Below, piece after piece: positions 1-12,293 of a stretch of 64,000 nucleotides of DNA (positions are counted from its first letter, which is position 1; each line of letters opens with the position of its first letter). This stretch comes from Nageia nagi (taxonomy: Eukaryota; Plantae; Pinophyta), in assembly GCA_050084985.1 (NCBI GenBank), contig JBITNC010000001.1, positions 116,312,001-116,376,000 on the forward strand, in the 5' to 3' direction. Position numbers and translations under genes: made by a program. Below the pieces are notes generated by a model, which did not search any database, was not told the DNA's origin, and saw only the letters and a program-made list of their open reading frames with translations.

Positions 1-247
1 CGCAAATCTTTTTGGTGCTACTTCTTGCCCAAAAAGCACATATCGAGCTCCATCTCACTTCATGCTTGGAAGGAAAATTTTCTCGCCTTCACATTGTTGC
101 CGATTATAACCCACCCATCCATTTCTCCTATCCTCTCACTTCAAACTTCTTCTCTCCCCCCTCATCCACTTAATTCTTGAAAAGCTTGGGACATTAAGAA
201 CCTCCAAGCCAAATTTCTCAAGCATGCCAAATTCACCGTCCCCCCCT

Positions 248-345
248 TCCTCTCAAAGTTCTTCAACAACGTAAGTTTCTTGAGTTTCTCCCCTTCCTCT
301 CAAAGTTCTTCAACAATGTAAGTTTCTTGAGTTTCTCCCCTTCCT
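248..345. repeat. About 48-bp tandem duplication in the LINE
   Basis: TCCTCTCAAAGTTCTTCAACAAyGTAAGTTTCTTGAGTTTCTCCCCT occurs twice, adjacent. Confidence 0.85.
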
Positions 346-647
346 AGACCTCAAATATGATCCACCCCATCTTCAAATTCGATGATCCCAACAAACCAAA
401 CAATTACTGCACCGTCATGATTGATCAAACCTTGGCCAAGTTATATGCCACAATCATTAAGGTGTACATTTCACAAATGGCCAATGCCAAAGGATTCCGA
501 GCAAGAGGTCATATAGGCTTTTGTAGAGACCATTGCACCATTGATCATAGTTTTACTCTTAGGGTGATCATCGAGGAGGCTAGATGCCGAAAGTCACCAA
601 TCTTTGGCTGTTTTGTGGACTTTAGGAAGGCCTTCAACATTGTCGCC

Positions 648-2101
648 TATAAAATCCCAAATATTCTTCAATGGTGGAATTAGCCAAACAGATATCAAAT
701 AATATCGAATTATGTCTCTAAACATGCCACAACTGTTCTAGGGTGTCAAACATGTACAAGAATATACTAGAAAACCCAACGATGCACTCCTTGAGCCAGA
801 AAATACTTCAAAGGCCCAATGTAGCACTAGGGCATCCACCAATCATGTAAAATACATCATAAACAATCCCAAAAATATGACATCACATCAAGAGGAGTAA
901 GATATCATCAAAATACGAGACAAGAAATGGAGATCAAGTGTGCCACGACTCAATTAATGATGTAATGATGAGTACAATACAAACCGGGCCCAAAAGGGTT
1001 CAATATTGGCCTTCAAAGAGCCAACTAGGGCACACTAATGTGCAAAGATGATCACTGATGCATATATGTTGTAGAACAACCACACTCTACTATATTTGTG
1101 GATGCTTCATTGAAGGGCTTCCTCCATGCTAGCTCCCGGCGAAGAGAACGAATGCAGTTCCTAAATGCCATCGGATGGATTCAAAGGTGCACCAACGAAG
1201 AGAACGAATGCAGTTCCTAAATGCAATTGGATGGATTCAAAGGTGCAGACCGCTACAGATGCCTTAGGGTAGGACAACCTCACAACATGGACATTCACTT
1301 CAACCGTTAGTGAGAAGGTGTTCCAAGCCTCCTAGACTCTCCCTAGTCTACATGCCCAAGGGTGCTTGATGCAACCAATACTTGAGAAGCTTCGAAGAGT
1401 TAAAGGGATTTCAATATCAAATTCAAAATATCTCTGCAATGAGGCTCCACTATCTTATATAACCTTCCTGGATCTGGATCTCATCTAGAAGCCATCATCC
1501 AACTCCTCTAATCCAACGTTAGCCTCCTAGAGGCTCCAAAATGCTCAACCTAGGTACCTAGGGATCATACATGCCCAACTTGTGTGTCCAAGGGTCATAA
1601 ATGCCAACATAGGTGTCTAGAGTGTCACGCATTCCTAACGTGGGTCTATGAGTCATGCATGGGTGCTTAAGTGCCATCGTAGGGGTCTAGAGTGCCATGC
1701 ATGCTTAATGTGGGTCTAGGAGTCATGCGTGGGTGCTTAGGTGCCATCATAGGCCAACATGGGGGTCTAGAAGTATCCCCAAGGCTGGTGCAAGTGTACA
1801 AGTGCTCCCAAGTCCAATGTTGGGCTATAAGTGATTATCCGTACTTAATATGCCATCCTAGGTTTTACATGAGACTTGGGATTCCAACGATCAATTTTAG
1901 GATCTACAAGTGCATAAATAAATAATAAAATAATTCATCCTAAGCTTGGGAGGAAAACGTCCCTCTTGGGGCTCACACTGTGGGTTCAATGGACCATTAA
2001 TTTTTTGTCCCAAGTAACTAATAATGCAAAAGCAAAATATTTACAAAGGAACACCTAGGATCCAAAATTTATTTATTTTTTGCTCCAAAACGGATGTTAC
2101 A
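648..2101 (-). mobile_element. Solo LTR (1454 bp) with TSD TCGCC
   Basis: TCGCC at 643-647 and 2102-2106. Termini TATAAAATCCC (TG>TA) and GGATGTTACA. The LINE RT continues across it. Orientation inferred from the shared LTR motif and a reversed TATA. Internal ~57-bp duplication at 1140-1250. Confidence 0.85.
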
Positions 2102-3296
2102 TCGCCTGACACAAATTCGTGGATTGACTTAGATGATTAGGCGTATTGGAGGGTGGACGCTTAGCCATATTGACTTTGTATGAGACTCTTTCAGGTCGCA
2201 TTTGTACTTCAGAGGGTCTATTAGACAATATTCTTAGCATGATTGGACTAAAGTAGGGTTTGTTTCTTTCTTTGACTTTATTTGACCTTTACATTGATGA
2301 GTTGGAGTCCTTTATCCTATAGAATAGTGATCTTGAGTTGGGCTGCCTTCTCCATGGTAGCCGAGTGCCCATCCTACTTTTTGTTGATGATATTGTGCTA
2401 CTTTCCCACTCAATTGAGGGCCTACAAGGATTGATAGATGCATTAGATGATTTCAGTGCTACACAAGAGCTTATGGTGAACCTTAGCAAGACTAAGGTAG
2501 TGGCTTTCAATGTTTTGAAAGCCACAATGGACTAGACCTAGTTCACCTTCTATGATAATGTCATCTAGACCGCCGTCTCCTACACCTACTTGGGAGTGCT
2601 CCTCTCTGGCCCCAAGTTCTCCATGAGGACAACAACCCCACCCAAAGTTTGGCGAGGTTATGCGGTAGTATCCACCTTGGAGGGACATTGCATCTAGTTA
2701 CACTTTCAGAACATTCTGTCCAAGGTAGGGTTCTTTCGAACCCTAGTCATACCCACAATATTATATGGAGTTGAGGTTTGAGGACCTAGCTTGATAGTAG
2801 TGGATTGGACCATGATAAAGAGGATCTTGGTCACTAATCTATCTTGTTCCATTTAGATTCAGAAGATGATCCCTCACCTTGTCATTCTTACGGAGTGCGG
2901 TTGTCATCCTCTTTAGGTGTTGGCATTTGATTCCATAGTTCGCTTCCTCCATTTCCTTTAGAGTCTGTTCAATCGCAAGGCCAATATCGCAAAACTTCCA
3001 AAGACTATTTTTCCATATGTAATCAAAATTGAATTTGAGTATGAGTTAGTAGATTTTGTATATGCTTATTTGCAAGACATGAACATAACAAAGAAGTTGC
3101 TTCAATATACATTTATGGATCATGATGTTGCACCAAAAGAGGTTTGGGAAACCATGAGCAACTACTACATGAAGAATGAGCCAAAATTTGTCAATTCTAT
3201 GTTGTCTTCAACATGTGAAGATGAAGATGAATGTGGAAAGGGGTAAGAAAACTCATAGTTCATTTTTGTGAATGTAACCTTGAATTGTTTCGGGAC

Positions 3297-5397
3297 AAGC
3301 ATATTTAGTCAAACGGTCTACCACAACAAAGATACAATCTTTACCATGCATCTTGGGTAAACCAAAAATGAAATCCATGGAAATACTCTCCCACTTTTGT
3401 TCCGGAATGGGTAATGGTTGAAGCAGCCCTGCTGATAAACTATGTCCCTTTTTATTGGTTTGGCATATAACACACTCCATAACATGGGCTAACACATCTT
3501 TTTTCAGCCCCTTCCAAGTAAACCTCTCACGCACCTTCTTGTAGGTCTTGAACAACCCCGGAGGCCCTACCATAGGGACATCATGCAGGGACGTGATGAT
3601 GTCTTCTTTCAGCTTGGAGTTTTGCACAAGGAAAACTCTCCCTTGACAAATTTGCCACAAATGAGATATTGTTTAAATTTTGACAATGCGTGCACTATGG
3701 CAAGCATCTCCTTGTCATAGGTGCTATATTCTCTCTCATGGAGCTTCAACTTCCTTCTCTCAAAGGTAATAGGGCGTCCCTTTTGCATAAGAATTGCTCC
3801 AATGCCTATTCCTGATGCATCACAAATTATAGTGAAAGGAAGAGAAAAATCAGGAATAATTAATACTAGGCATGTAGTCATTACCTACTTTAGCCTCTCA
3901 TAGGCTAGCTGTGCTTCATCAGTCCATAAATATGCCACCTTCTTAGTCATTTCAGTCAATGGGGCTGCTATGGCTGAAAACTCCTTAATAAACCTTCTGT
4001 AGTAGCTGCATATACCAAGAAATCCCCTCAACTAAGTCAAGTTTAAGGGTATGGGCCAATTTTTAATTGCTGCAATTTTCTCTTGATCAACCTTCATCCC
4101 TTCATGGCTGATCACAGGCCCTAAGTATAATATCTATGTCATCGCAAATTTGCACTTAGATTTAGCATAAAATTGTTCTTTCTCCAAAATGTTTAGGACT
4201 ATGTCTAAATGTTGCAAGTGTTCACTCCATGACTTGCTATACGCAAGGATATCAGCCATATGAGTAGTTCTTTCTTCCCAAACTGGAACGTTTGGCACTA
4301 GCTCAATTGGATTTGTTAACCCTAGTTGTGGATTAGAGTTAGGGTTTTGTTGCTTACTGCTTCCTTTGTAATATTGATGGAATGGATGCATCAAAAGCCC
4401 TCAAATTTGCCCAACAAATATCCTCAATTTAACATATTATTCAAAAACATCACTTTGCATTTCTCCTCCGAAATGACCCTTTCGAAAGCTTCAATTTGGA
4501 TGCAAAATGCTCAAAAATATCTCTTTGGGTTAGATGTTTGACTTGGGCTTGATTTTATGATGTGAGATCCCACCAATTTGAACAAAATGACCCTTAAAAT
4601 ATGGGGCTTTATGCAAAAATGAACTTATTCAAGATATTCTTCAACCCTAGAAATTTAAAACCCTGGCAAATTTTCTCCACAAAACTGTTCCACAGGATGG
4701 CAGAATCCATGCTCTGATACCACTTGTAATGAGCCAAAATAAGAAATTGCTATAAAATATGGAAATCACAGCAAACACCAAAATAATACACCAAAAATAT
4801 AGGACAACAAGAATCTGCATTTTTATTTATTTTCCTACAACACCCACAAGCTGAAAATACAAAATATAGGGTAGAACTACTAGATCTGCTCATACAATAT
4901 GAATGTAGAAAACCATACAAAAACACTTGCTGCACCAGCTACCACACTGAAAATATGAATGCAGAAATCAACTCCCATTGAATCGCTCAAACCCTCAAAA
5001 AGGAAACCCTCTTGGAAGCCTTAGCAAATCTGAACAACTCTGGAAGCCCCTGGTGAGGACAGAGACAAACCTTGGATGGATTTGACCCTCCACCACAATA
5101 GCTGCAAACTACCCCACAAACCCTAGGATCAGCTTAGCAATCTACGGAATTTGGAGAAGGGATCATCCTTCACTCAATATCAATATTCATTCACCAAAAA
5201 AGCCCGTTGTCCTACAACATCCACCTCCTTATATAGATGCATCTTCTATTTCTTCATTATGTGGACCCCATCACTTAAACTCACCATAATATTATATTTT
5301 CTCTTTATAAAAATAATATAATATCTCCACACCATAATAAACCATAAAATAACACAATAAATGCCCATGAGCCTCCCTAGGCTTGGACGTCATTACA
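3297..5397 (-). mobile_element. Truncated, internally deleted Ty3/gypsy (chromovirus-type): 5' LTR 4725-5397, PBS 4711-4722, partial RT/RNaseH/integrase
   Basis: LTR termini TGTAATGA...TCATTACA. PBS reverse complement GCTCTGATACCA (tRNA-iMet). Peptides ICDASGIGIGAILMQ, YDKEMLAIV and WESISMDFIFGLP...VVVDRLTKYA. The leader joins mid-RT, so gag and PR are missing. Confidence 0.9.
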
Positions 5398-6484
5398 CAA
5401 AATGGCATGTCCTAGGTCATGAGCATTCTCTCAAAATCCTATTTTAGCTCATGTAGTGGGACGCTTCTCGTTTGGAGGAATCTTTGTCATTTATCTTAAT
5501 CTCTAAGTATTTTAGTAATTTTTGGCCATATGGAGATGAATGTTCCAATTTGAGTGCAAAAATGCTTAATTGAGCACTCAAGGTGGGACGTCCCTCTTCC
5601 AGGGACATTTAGAGTGATTTTTAGTAATTTAGGAGTAATTAATTATTTTATTGAGTCATTTAGACTTAATTTTATATTTTGGGGTTATAATTTGTCATCC
5701 CAAGGTGGGATGCCCAACGTGAAGGTGTAATTTGTAATTTAGAAGTATTTGGTAGTTAAGTTTGGACTGGATCGACTATTCAACAAGGAAAATGACCAAA
5801 TCAGCTATAAAAGGAGAGAGACGTGTCATTTGAAGATCATCTATTGCTTATTCAATATTGTTTTGGTGTGAGCTTGCTCTACGATTCCTCTTGTGCACAA
5901 GGGAGGGCTTGAGGTTGGCATCCTCAAGCTTATTCTAGCCAACACTATTGCGTGGCCCTGGTGCCCCTTTTGCCTGCTATGAATTCCTATTGAGCCTTGG
6001 AGCTCATATTGCTATTGAGATCTACTTCCAAAAACCTTGACACTTCACCTACTATTGTTGAGAGATCTTGACAATGGACGTCCAACTTGAGAGAGACAAT
6101 TTGAGTTCAGATTTGCAATTGAAGTGGTTGATAGAGCCTCCTGGAGGAATGTCACATTTCTAAGGCACTTTTGAGGCTTGTACTCCTCTTATTTCTTATT
6201 CAGAAAATATTAAAAAATCTATTTATCTCGCTTATTTGTGGTATGGATCTTGCTGTTTCACCCCAGGAGGACATTTCACTCCTAAGGCAACATGTGAGTT
6301 TTTAAGATATTTATGTATGGTTGTATGGATGATTTGAGCTAGAATACATATTTTGTGGATGAATTGCATGCACATTACAATATTTAGTTCAGATCTGATT
6401 TAGTTAAGTAATTTGGAGAGATAAGCATGTTTGGATTTGAATAAATAGGCTTAAATTAAAAGACCCCTATTTTGGTTCATTACA
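5398..6484 (+). mobile_element. LTR remnant lacking its 5' end, related to the 50851-51992 LTR
   Basis: Ends TTCATTACA. TATA-like CTATAAAAGG at about 5805. Shares the AAGGTGG..GTCCCTCTTC..GGG..TTAGAGTGATTTTTAG block with about 51056-51100. Confidence 0.7.
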
Positions 6485-6849
6485 AAAGGTTTTTAGTTCG
6501 GATCCCCCAAGCACAAAACGCCACAAGGACAACCCAACCAAAAAGAAAATATAAGGTACGAAACAAGAATGTCTCGTACTCTATAATATAAATTTTGCTA
6601 CAAGCCATGGATCATTGATTTATCTTTTGGAATGGATAAAGAATCTTCTACTAATCATTTTGACAAGTTATACGACATGGTTTCATCAAGAATCGAAGAA
6701 GATATTGCCTCTTGAAGTTCACCCCTGGGAACATATCACGACCCTATGAGAATCCACAATTCTCTTTCATTTGACCACTTTGAATGTGACGTCCCTCTCC
6801 TAGGGATGTGTAGTAGCAACCTAAGGTTTTAGAAATCTAGGTCTTAGAA

Positions 6850-7440
6850 AGAAGAAACATAAGTAAAAGAAAATAAATTAAGTATCAATTAGGATTTTGC
6901 AAATTATCAAGAGATATAAAGAATTTGTCTGGACGATGGAGATTGAAAGCTTATTGCTGGTGACTCATGGGCTTGGAGAGAATACCCTAGTTGTAGCCTA
7001 TCTTGATGATTTTGAAGATGATTTTATTGAAGATGATGTTGGAATTGATATGCAGACAATCTTGAACAACTTGATTCAACCTCGGGGGTTATCGAGGCTT
7101 GAGACTAGAGCGTCTGTGTTTTGAGCCTATAGTACTAGAGTGCTAGCCTTTCTGGGCCTAGGTGCTAAAGTGCAAGGTGTTATAGGTCTAGGTTCTAGAA
7201 TGCTAGGTGTTCTTGCTTGGTCATCCATTTGGCTTGCACTTCACTCCTTTGGTTGGCTGGGTGGATGATTCTTATGATATTGTCAAAATGATAGAAGATA
7301 AACTTGTATGATCATGATTGCTTACAATCTTTCAAATGTCTTTTCATCATCATCTGAAATGAGCACTTGGAGATGCTCTATAAAAAATTAACAAATTTGA
7401 TTTTTAGTTCACGTAGGTGGACCCACTTAAAACAATAGCT
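6850..7440 (-). repeat. Fragment of a long Tat/Ogre-like LTR family that recurs in the window
   Basis: Aligns by eye with about 14800-15500, 18360-18650 and 28765-28890 (e.g. GAGCACTTGG...AAATTTGATTTT...TTCACsTAGGTGGA). Confidence 0.6.
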
Positions 7441-8458
7441 AGAAAACTCTTACTCTATGAGTACTCAGCAAAAAACCTCAAACATTTTATAAAAAAATCA
7501 TACAAAAAACTATGTAAATAATAATAATAATAATTATGATTTCTCCCCCTTACAATAATGAAAATTGCTGAACAATAAAATTAAGATTTAAATTAAAAAA
7601 AATTATAAACTTAAAAATAAATAAATTTGTTGTAATATTTTTTAGTTAATGCAATTATATTTTTACAATTAAAACATTAAAATTATTAAAAATTTAAATA
7701 GCTAAAAAATATTTAAAAACTTATAATATAACAAAAAATAGATTACAATAATTTAAATTTTTAAATTAAAACGTACATATCTTAAAGAAATTTAAATTTT
7801 AAGCTTTAGGTATTAAAAAGCACTATAAAAGTGAGCTGTAAAATTTGTAGTCAATTGTTCTTCTTATATGAGCTGTAAAACTACTTTCTAGCGTGGAGCT
7901 ATATACTTACCTTTGTCAAATTTCAAATTTTTTAGATGGGCAGTTTTTCTTGTGAAAGGATGGATTGTTTGATAGGAAAAAATCTAAATAACATTAGACT
8001 TGGAGCTTATGCTCAGATGCTCTCACTCTTGCCTATTTTTCTAGAGAATTTCTCTGTATCTCTGCTGTTCAGATATTGAAAGCACACTTAATGTTTGAAA
8101 TTTGTAAGATGCATTTTTCTTCAAAAATGATTTTTTTATCAAAGAAAAAATAATTTGAGTTTGATGCATGCAAAAGAGTAACTGGATCAAACATTTAATG
8201 ATCTAGATTGAGTAGTATGAACTTGTGAATCATAAGATAGTGTAAGTGTAGGTATTTTAGCAGGTAATAAGCATAGTGAAGGCCAATTTCTTGATCCTTG
8301 GTCTATCCTTGGCATCTTGGTCATCCTGAAAGAAACATATTATCTTTTTCTAAATGCAGTCAATTATTCTATTTGTGGATTGACAACCAATTATACTTTT
8401 TAGATATTTTTCATTGTTGTATCCTTGTATTCACTACATTTCTTGTTCATATTTGCAG

Positions 8459-8512
8459 GATGTGGAAAATCACTTATCAAAGTCATGTATCTCACAAATG
8501 AATTCAACAATG
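8459..8512 (+). CDS. PAE: Pectin acetylesterase exon (first one in window): DVENHLSKSCISQMNSTM
   Basis: TTGCAG acceptor ends at 8458 and GT donor starts at 8513. 18 codons, phase 0/0. Matches the short PAE exon that precedes CFFPQ. Confidence 0.88.
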
Positions 8513-8625
8513 GTACAAATTCAATTGATAGTTATATGCAATATATTATTTCTTTCATAATACTATCTTGATGCATACAAGGTGCTTTAGCTCTTAGCAT
8601 GACATATTCTGTACTTGAATGGCAG

Positions 8626-8703
8626 TGTTTCTTTCCACAGTATTTCTTATCTTACACAAATACACCATTTTTTATTCTAAATTCAGCATATGATTTTTGG
8701 CAG
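8626..8703 (+). CDS. PAE: Pectin acetylesterase exon: CFFPQYFLSYTNTPFFILNSAYDFWQ
   Basis: GGCAG acceptor and GTAAGC donor. Contains the PAE motifs CFFPQ and TPxFILNxAYDxWQ (catalytic Asp region). Confidence 0.95.
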
Positions 8704-8812
8704 GTAAGCTTTCTTTACCCTTTCAAATGCATCTTGAATTTCTAGTAATTTATTTTGATGTATTATGTAGGATTAATGCTCATCTTTTTAAATGGTCTTG
8801 ATTGTTCTTTAG

Positions 8813-8918
8813 ATACAAAATATTTTGGCACCAGATGTGGCTGATCCTCAAGGGAAGTGGCACAAATGCAAGTTGAACATTGAAGCTTGTACCCAAGATC
8901 AATTAGCAACATTGAAAG
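8813..8918 (+). CDS. PAE: Pectin acetylesterase exon: IQNILAPDVADPQGKWHKCKLNIEACTQDQLATLK+G
   Basis: TTTAG acceptor and GT at 8919. 106 nt with a phase-1 end that is completed by the 17335 exon. Typical PAE ADPxGxWxxCK motif. Confidence 0.93.
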
Positions 8919-9093
8919 GTTTTTCTTCGCAATACTTCAACTTTGAGATTTTTCTGTTGAATTGAAATAATTTTCTGGAAGGAGAAAGGTATATTTGTTA
9001 AGCTAGTCAATCTCGATTCATGCAGATGAATTATCCCAAATTAAGCAAATACAGAATTATTGTAAAATTCCTCAAATCCACACGATTGAAAAT

Positions 9094-9263
9094 AAAACCA
9101 ATTGCATATTTACCCAGAAAGATTATTGCAGTACGGATTTGCAAATTTAATAAACAAATTGTAGATTTGCTCGGAAAGATTATTGCAGTCCGGAATTACA
9201 GATTTAATAAACAAATTGCAGATCTGCCCGGAAAGATTATTGCAGTCCAGATTTATAGATTTA
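9094..9263. repeat. 57-bp x3 tandem array in the LTR (second copy at about 13256-13410)
   Basis: Unit AAACAAATTGyAGATyTGCyCGGAAAGATTATTGCAGTCCGGATTTACAGATTTAAT. Explains the repetitive ORF 9020-9415. Confidence 0.85.
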
Positions 9264-9390
9264 TTGTCAAGGAATCACACAAAATAATGCAAAATCCAAA
9301 TAATGGCCCAAAGGGTTGGACATTTGTCTTAGAAGATCAGATCTATGATGAGCAAAGCTCAAAACATACCACAAACACCTCTGACTGTTG

Positions 9391-12293
9391 GGAGAATCCA
9401 TTCTTATCCTACTAGACAATGGAGCCACCAATAACTTCATTAATGAAGCATTTGTCCTTAGAGCAAATTTGAAAAGAGTTGAAATTCAAGAATTTGGGGT
9501 CACCAATGCTAGGGGATACCAACCCATATGCAAATGGATGGTTAGGGATCTTAAGTTAACCATTGGAAACTACACTATCTTAGAAGACTTCTACATTTAC
9601 CCCATGGGTAGCTCACCTCATATTGTTTTAGGAGTCCAATGGTTATATCAATTAGGAGATGTCACCTTCAATTATCGGAAATTGGAAATGAGCTACTTTG
9701 AACAAGGAGAAAGAGTTACATTGAGAGGTATCCATCCTACACATTCATTGACAGCTTTAAATAGTTTGAAAAATATCCATGAAGATCTCCCAAGAGCAAG
9801 TTTTTCCATCAGCCATGACACCTTTACAAGCAAATATAACAATGGTAAACTCTGTTTAAGGAGAGAGCAGTCTTGGTTAGAAAAGGGCAAGACTATGACC
9901 ACATCACTTAGGTCTCTACCAACATTTGGTAAACAACAAGCAAGGCACCTTATTTGTGACAAAGGCAGCATTAGCAACAACATTTATGACACCATTCCAA
10001 GGCAGCCTTTAACAGCAAAAATCAGTCCCAACATCTACACTTCATGGAAAAGCCACATCATTGGATTCAGCAGCGGTGAACTCAGTTTGGATAGGGTCCA
10101 TGGGCAGCTTAGGAAAGCAAGAAACAGTTCTAATTCTCACAACACATGAAGAACCATACAATTGGACTTCATAACAGGTTATGGAGCATGTTTTCATCTC
10201 TTGGATACATGCTCAGTTTGAGGTGTATAAAGTTGAAAAACATTGCCAAAAGATTGCTCCAAACAACAACAAATAGGGACAACAATGCACCTACAAATTG
10301 CAGCAGTGATTGCATCATAAAAGAGGACCAAAAACCATCTACAAAAAAAGGACAGCCAACATATTATCTCTGATTTTTATGAGAGTCCTAGTGATTTGGC
10401 CACCATTGAAGAAGTGCTACACATGTCAACAAAAGATACACTTGAGGATAATGTATGCTCAAGTTTTGAACAGCAAGGTATGATGATTTCAAGAAGGGGA
10501 AACAGTCCTCTTTCATCTTTATAACAGCCATATACTTTCTAGCATATCTCTATTTTTTATTGCAAAAATAAGGGACAGATTTGTGATGGGTACACACTTG
10601 AGTTTGGGGCAGCCAAACACACTTTCCCATCACATACCATTTCAGCCCAAAAGTGGACAGCAGCAAGAAATAAATCATCTTATGACACTTCATGCAACAA
10701 CATGTATGAATCTTGATGTTGCAAAGCATGGTACAAATTTGCAATTGTCTCTATATCACTTTGGCATAAATAAGTACAGTTTAGTGTTGAAGACTGGTTT
10801 GAAGATTGACACCTTTAGAGAGATAGAGTTTGTGGACTCAAAAATCAGCCCATTATTGACCCATTTGCACATCATTTTGGTTGGGAAAAACCCTACCAAA
10901 TTCAGTACCATTGGCTCAAGAGATGTGACTACTAGCTCCTATGAAGAAGAAACAATTGGCAAGCATTTGAACCATGTATCAGATATGGTTTTTCACATTA
11001 TTGGGGCAGCAAAGCTTTGTGATCAGTTTTGGAGCATGGCACAAGGTTGGAGGTTGAATAGGCATGCCTCAACAACAACACTTCTTGCTTCTACACTTTG
11101 GGACAATCACCTCCATGATTGCATTCTCTTGATATAATCAAGGGATTGTTTTGAAGAGCACTTGGACAGTTGGTTAGCACCTTTAAATGACCCCTATGGA
11201 GTCGAGCATCACTTGGTACACTTGAAGACAAAGCAAGAAGACAAGCATCACATTGGGATACATTTGGAATCGCTTGAGGGTAAGCAATTTGAGGAGGGTG
11301 GACTTATAATGTTCCCAGTTTAGGACATCTAAACATCTCCCCTCATGCTTATTCATTGCGATCTTTAGTACTTAGATTAAGAGTACTTTATTTGTCAATT
11401 TATGTATTTATTATATCTATATTTGTGCCTATAAGGCAAGCGCTCAGAAAGGGCAAATTATATGTTTATTTGAGCTAAAAAAAAGCCAATAGGATGAATT
11501 ACGCCCCCACACCCAAGTTGACCATATTAGGGAGGTTTGGGGCCATTTAATAATTAATTATTCTCCATCTCCTAATCGGCTGCCTTTTAGGGGCATAATG
11601 ACAAGATTAGAATGCTATAAAGGCAAGGCATTTGGTCATTTGAAGACATCATCTTGTGCACTCGATCTTGGATCATTCGGAACTTAGGGATGCTTCTCTT
11701 CTCTACCTTGTAGGGCTTAGGTCTACTCCCTAGCCTAGAAGTGATTCATCTCCACTTCTACACCTCTTGGAGAGCTTGCGCTTATCTATCTTGTCATCTG
11801 GGAGCTTGCACCAGCCATTAGGAACCATCTTGAGACTTGCGCCAAGATTGGGAGCTGCCTTGGGACTTGCCCCAACCTTGAGGAGTCTAGTTTGAGCATT
11901 TTGGAGTCTTGGGCTTTTCCCTAGAACTTGTTACAGCCCTATACTTATTCTTGGTTGATTATTGATGATACTGGCTCTCATATTTCGTCTCGAATATGAA
12001 TGAGTGTTCTTACATATTTCTGCTATGTTGTTATCTTCTTTGTGCATGGGAATGTATGCGAATTGAGTACTTTTGGAGCTATATTTGTGTTATGTAACAG
12101 ATCTGATTTGTGCCCTAGTTTTGGTCATATTCGCATGTTATAAGAGCTTTATATCAGATTTTGCTATTGCTATTATATTCCAGTTTTGAGCGCATGTTTG
12201 GATGGTTGATGAGCATGTTTATTGATGCCCTAATTTGTGAATGAATGAGGAATTTAATGCTAAGTTGGATAAACCCTAGAAAGGTACATTACT
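9391..12293 (+). mobile_element. 3' half of a non-autonomous gypsy derivative: aspartic protease, unknown filler, PPT and 3' LTR (11305-12293)
   Basis: ILLDNGATNNFI...IVLGVQWL protease. No RT/RH/INT motifs afterwards. Ends LEGKQFEEGG over the PPT GAGGAGGGTGG. LTR termini TATAATGTTCC...GGTACATTAC. Confidence 0.8.

Larger units (their letters stand above)
1..2961 (+). mobile_element. Degenerate LINE ORF2 (reverse transcriptase), split by a solo LTR at 648-2101
   Basis: GFC..HCTIDHSFTLRVIIEEA..FGCFVDFRKAF at about 510-640. Resumes at 2102 with GLK*G..LS.TLFDLYIDELE, LLFVDDIVLLS, LMVNLSKTKVV and YTYLG. Confidence 0.88.

Noticed and set aside
8255-8268. TTTTAG-CAG-GTAA as a 3-nt PAE microexon
   Set aside because: Expected by chance, not required by the PAE exon structure, and no supporting evidence.
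9094-9263. 57-bp repeat array (also 13256-13410 and 42534-42745) as a CRISPR-like array
   Set aside because: Units are head-to-tail without unique spacers, lie within retroelements, and there are no cas genes. The context is eukaryotic.
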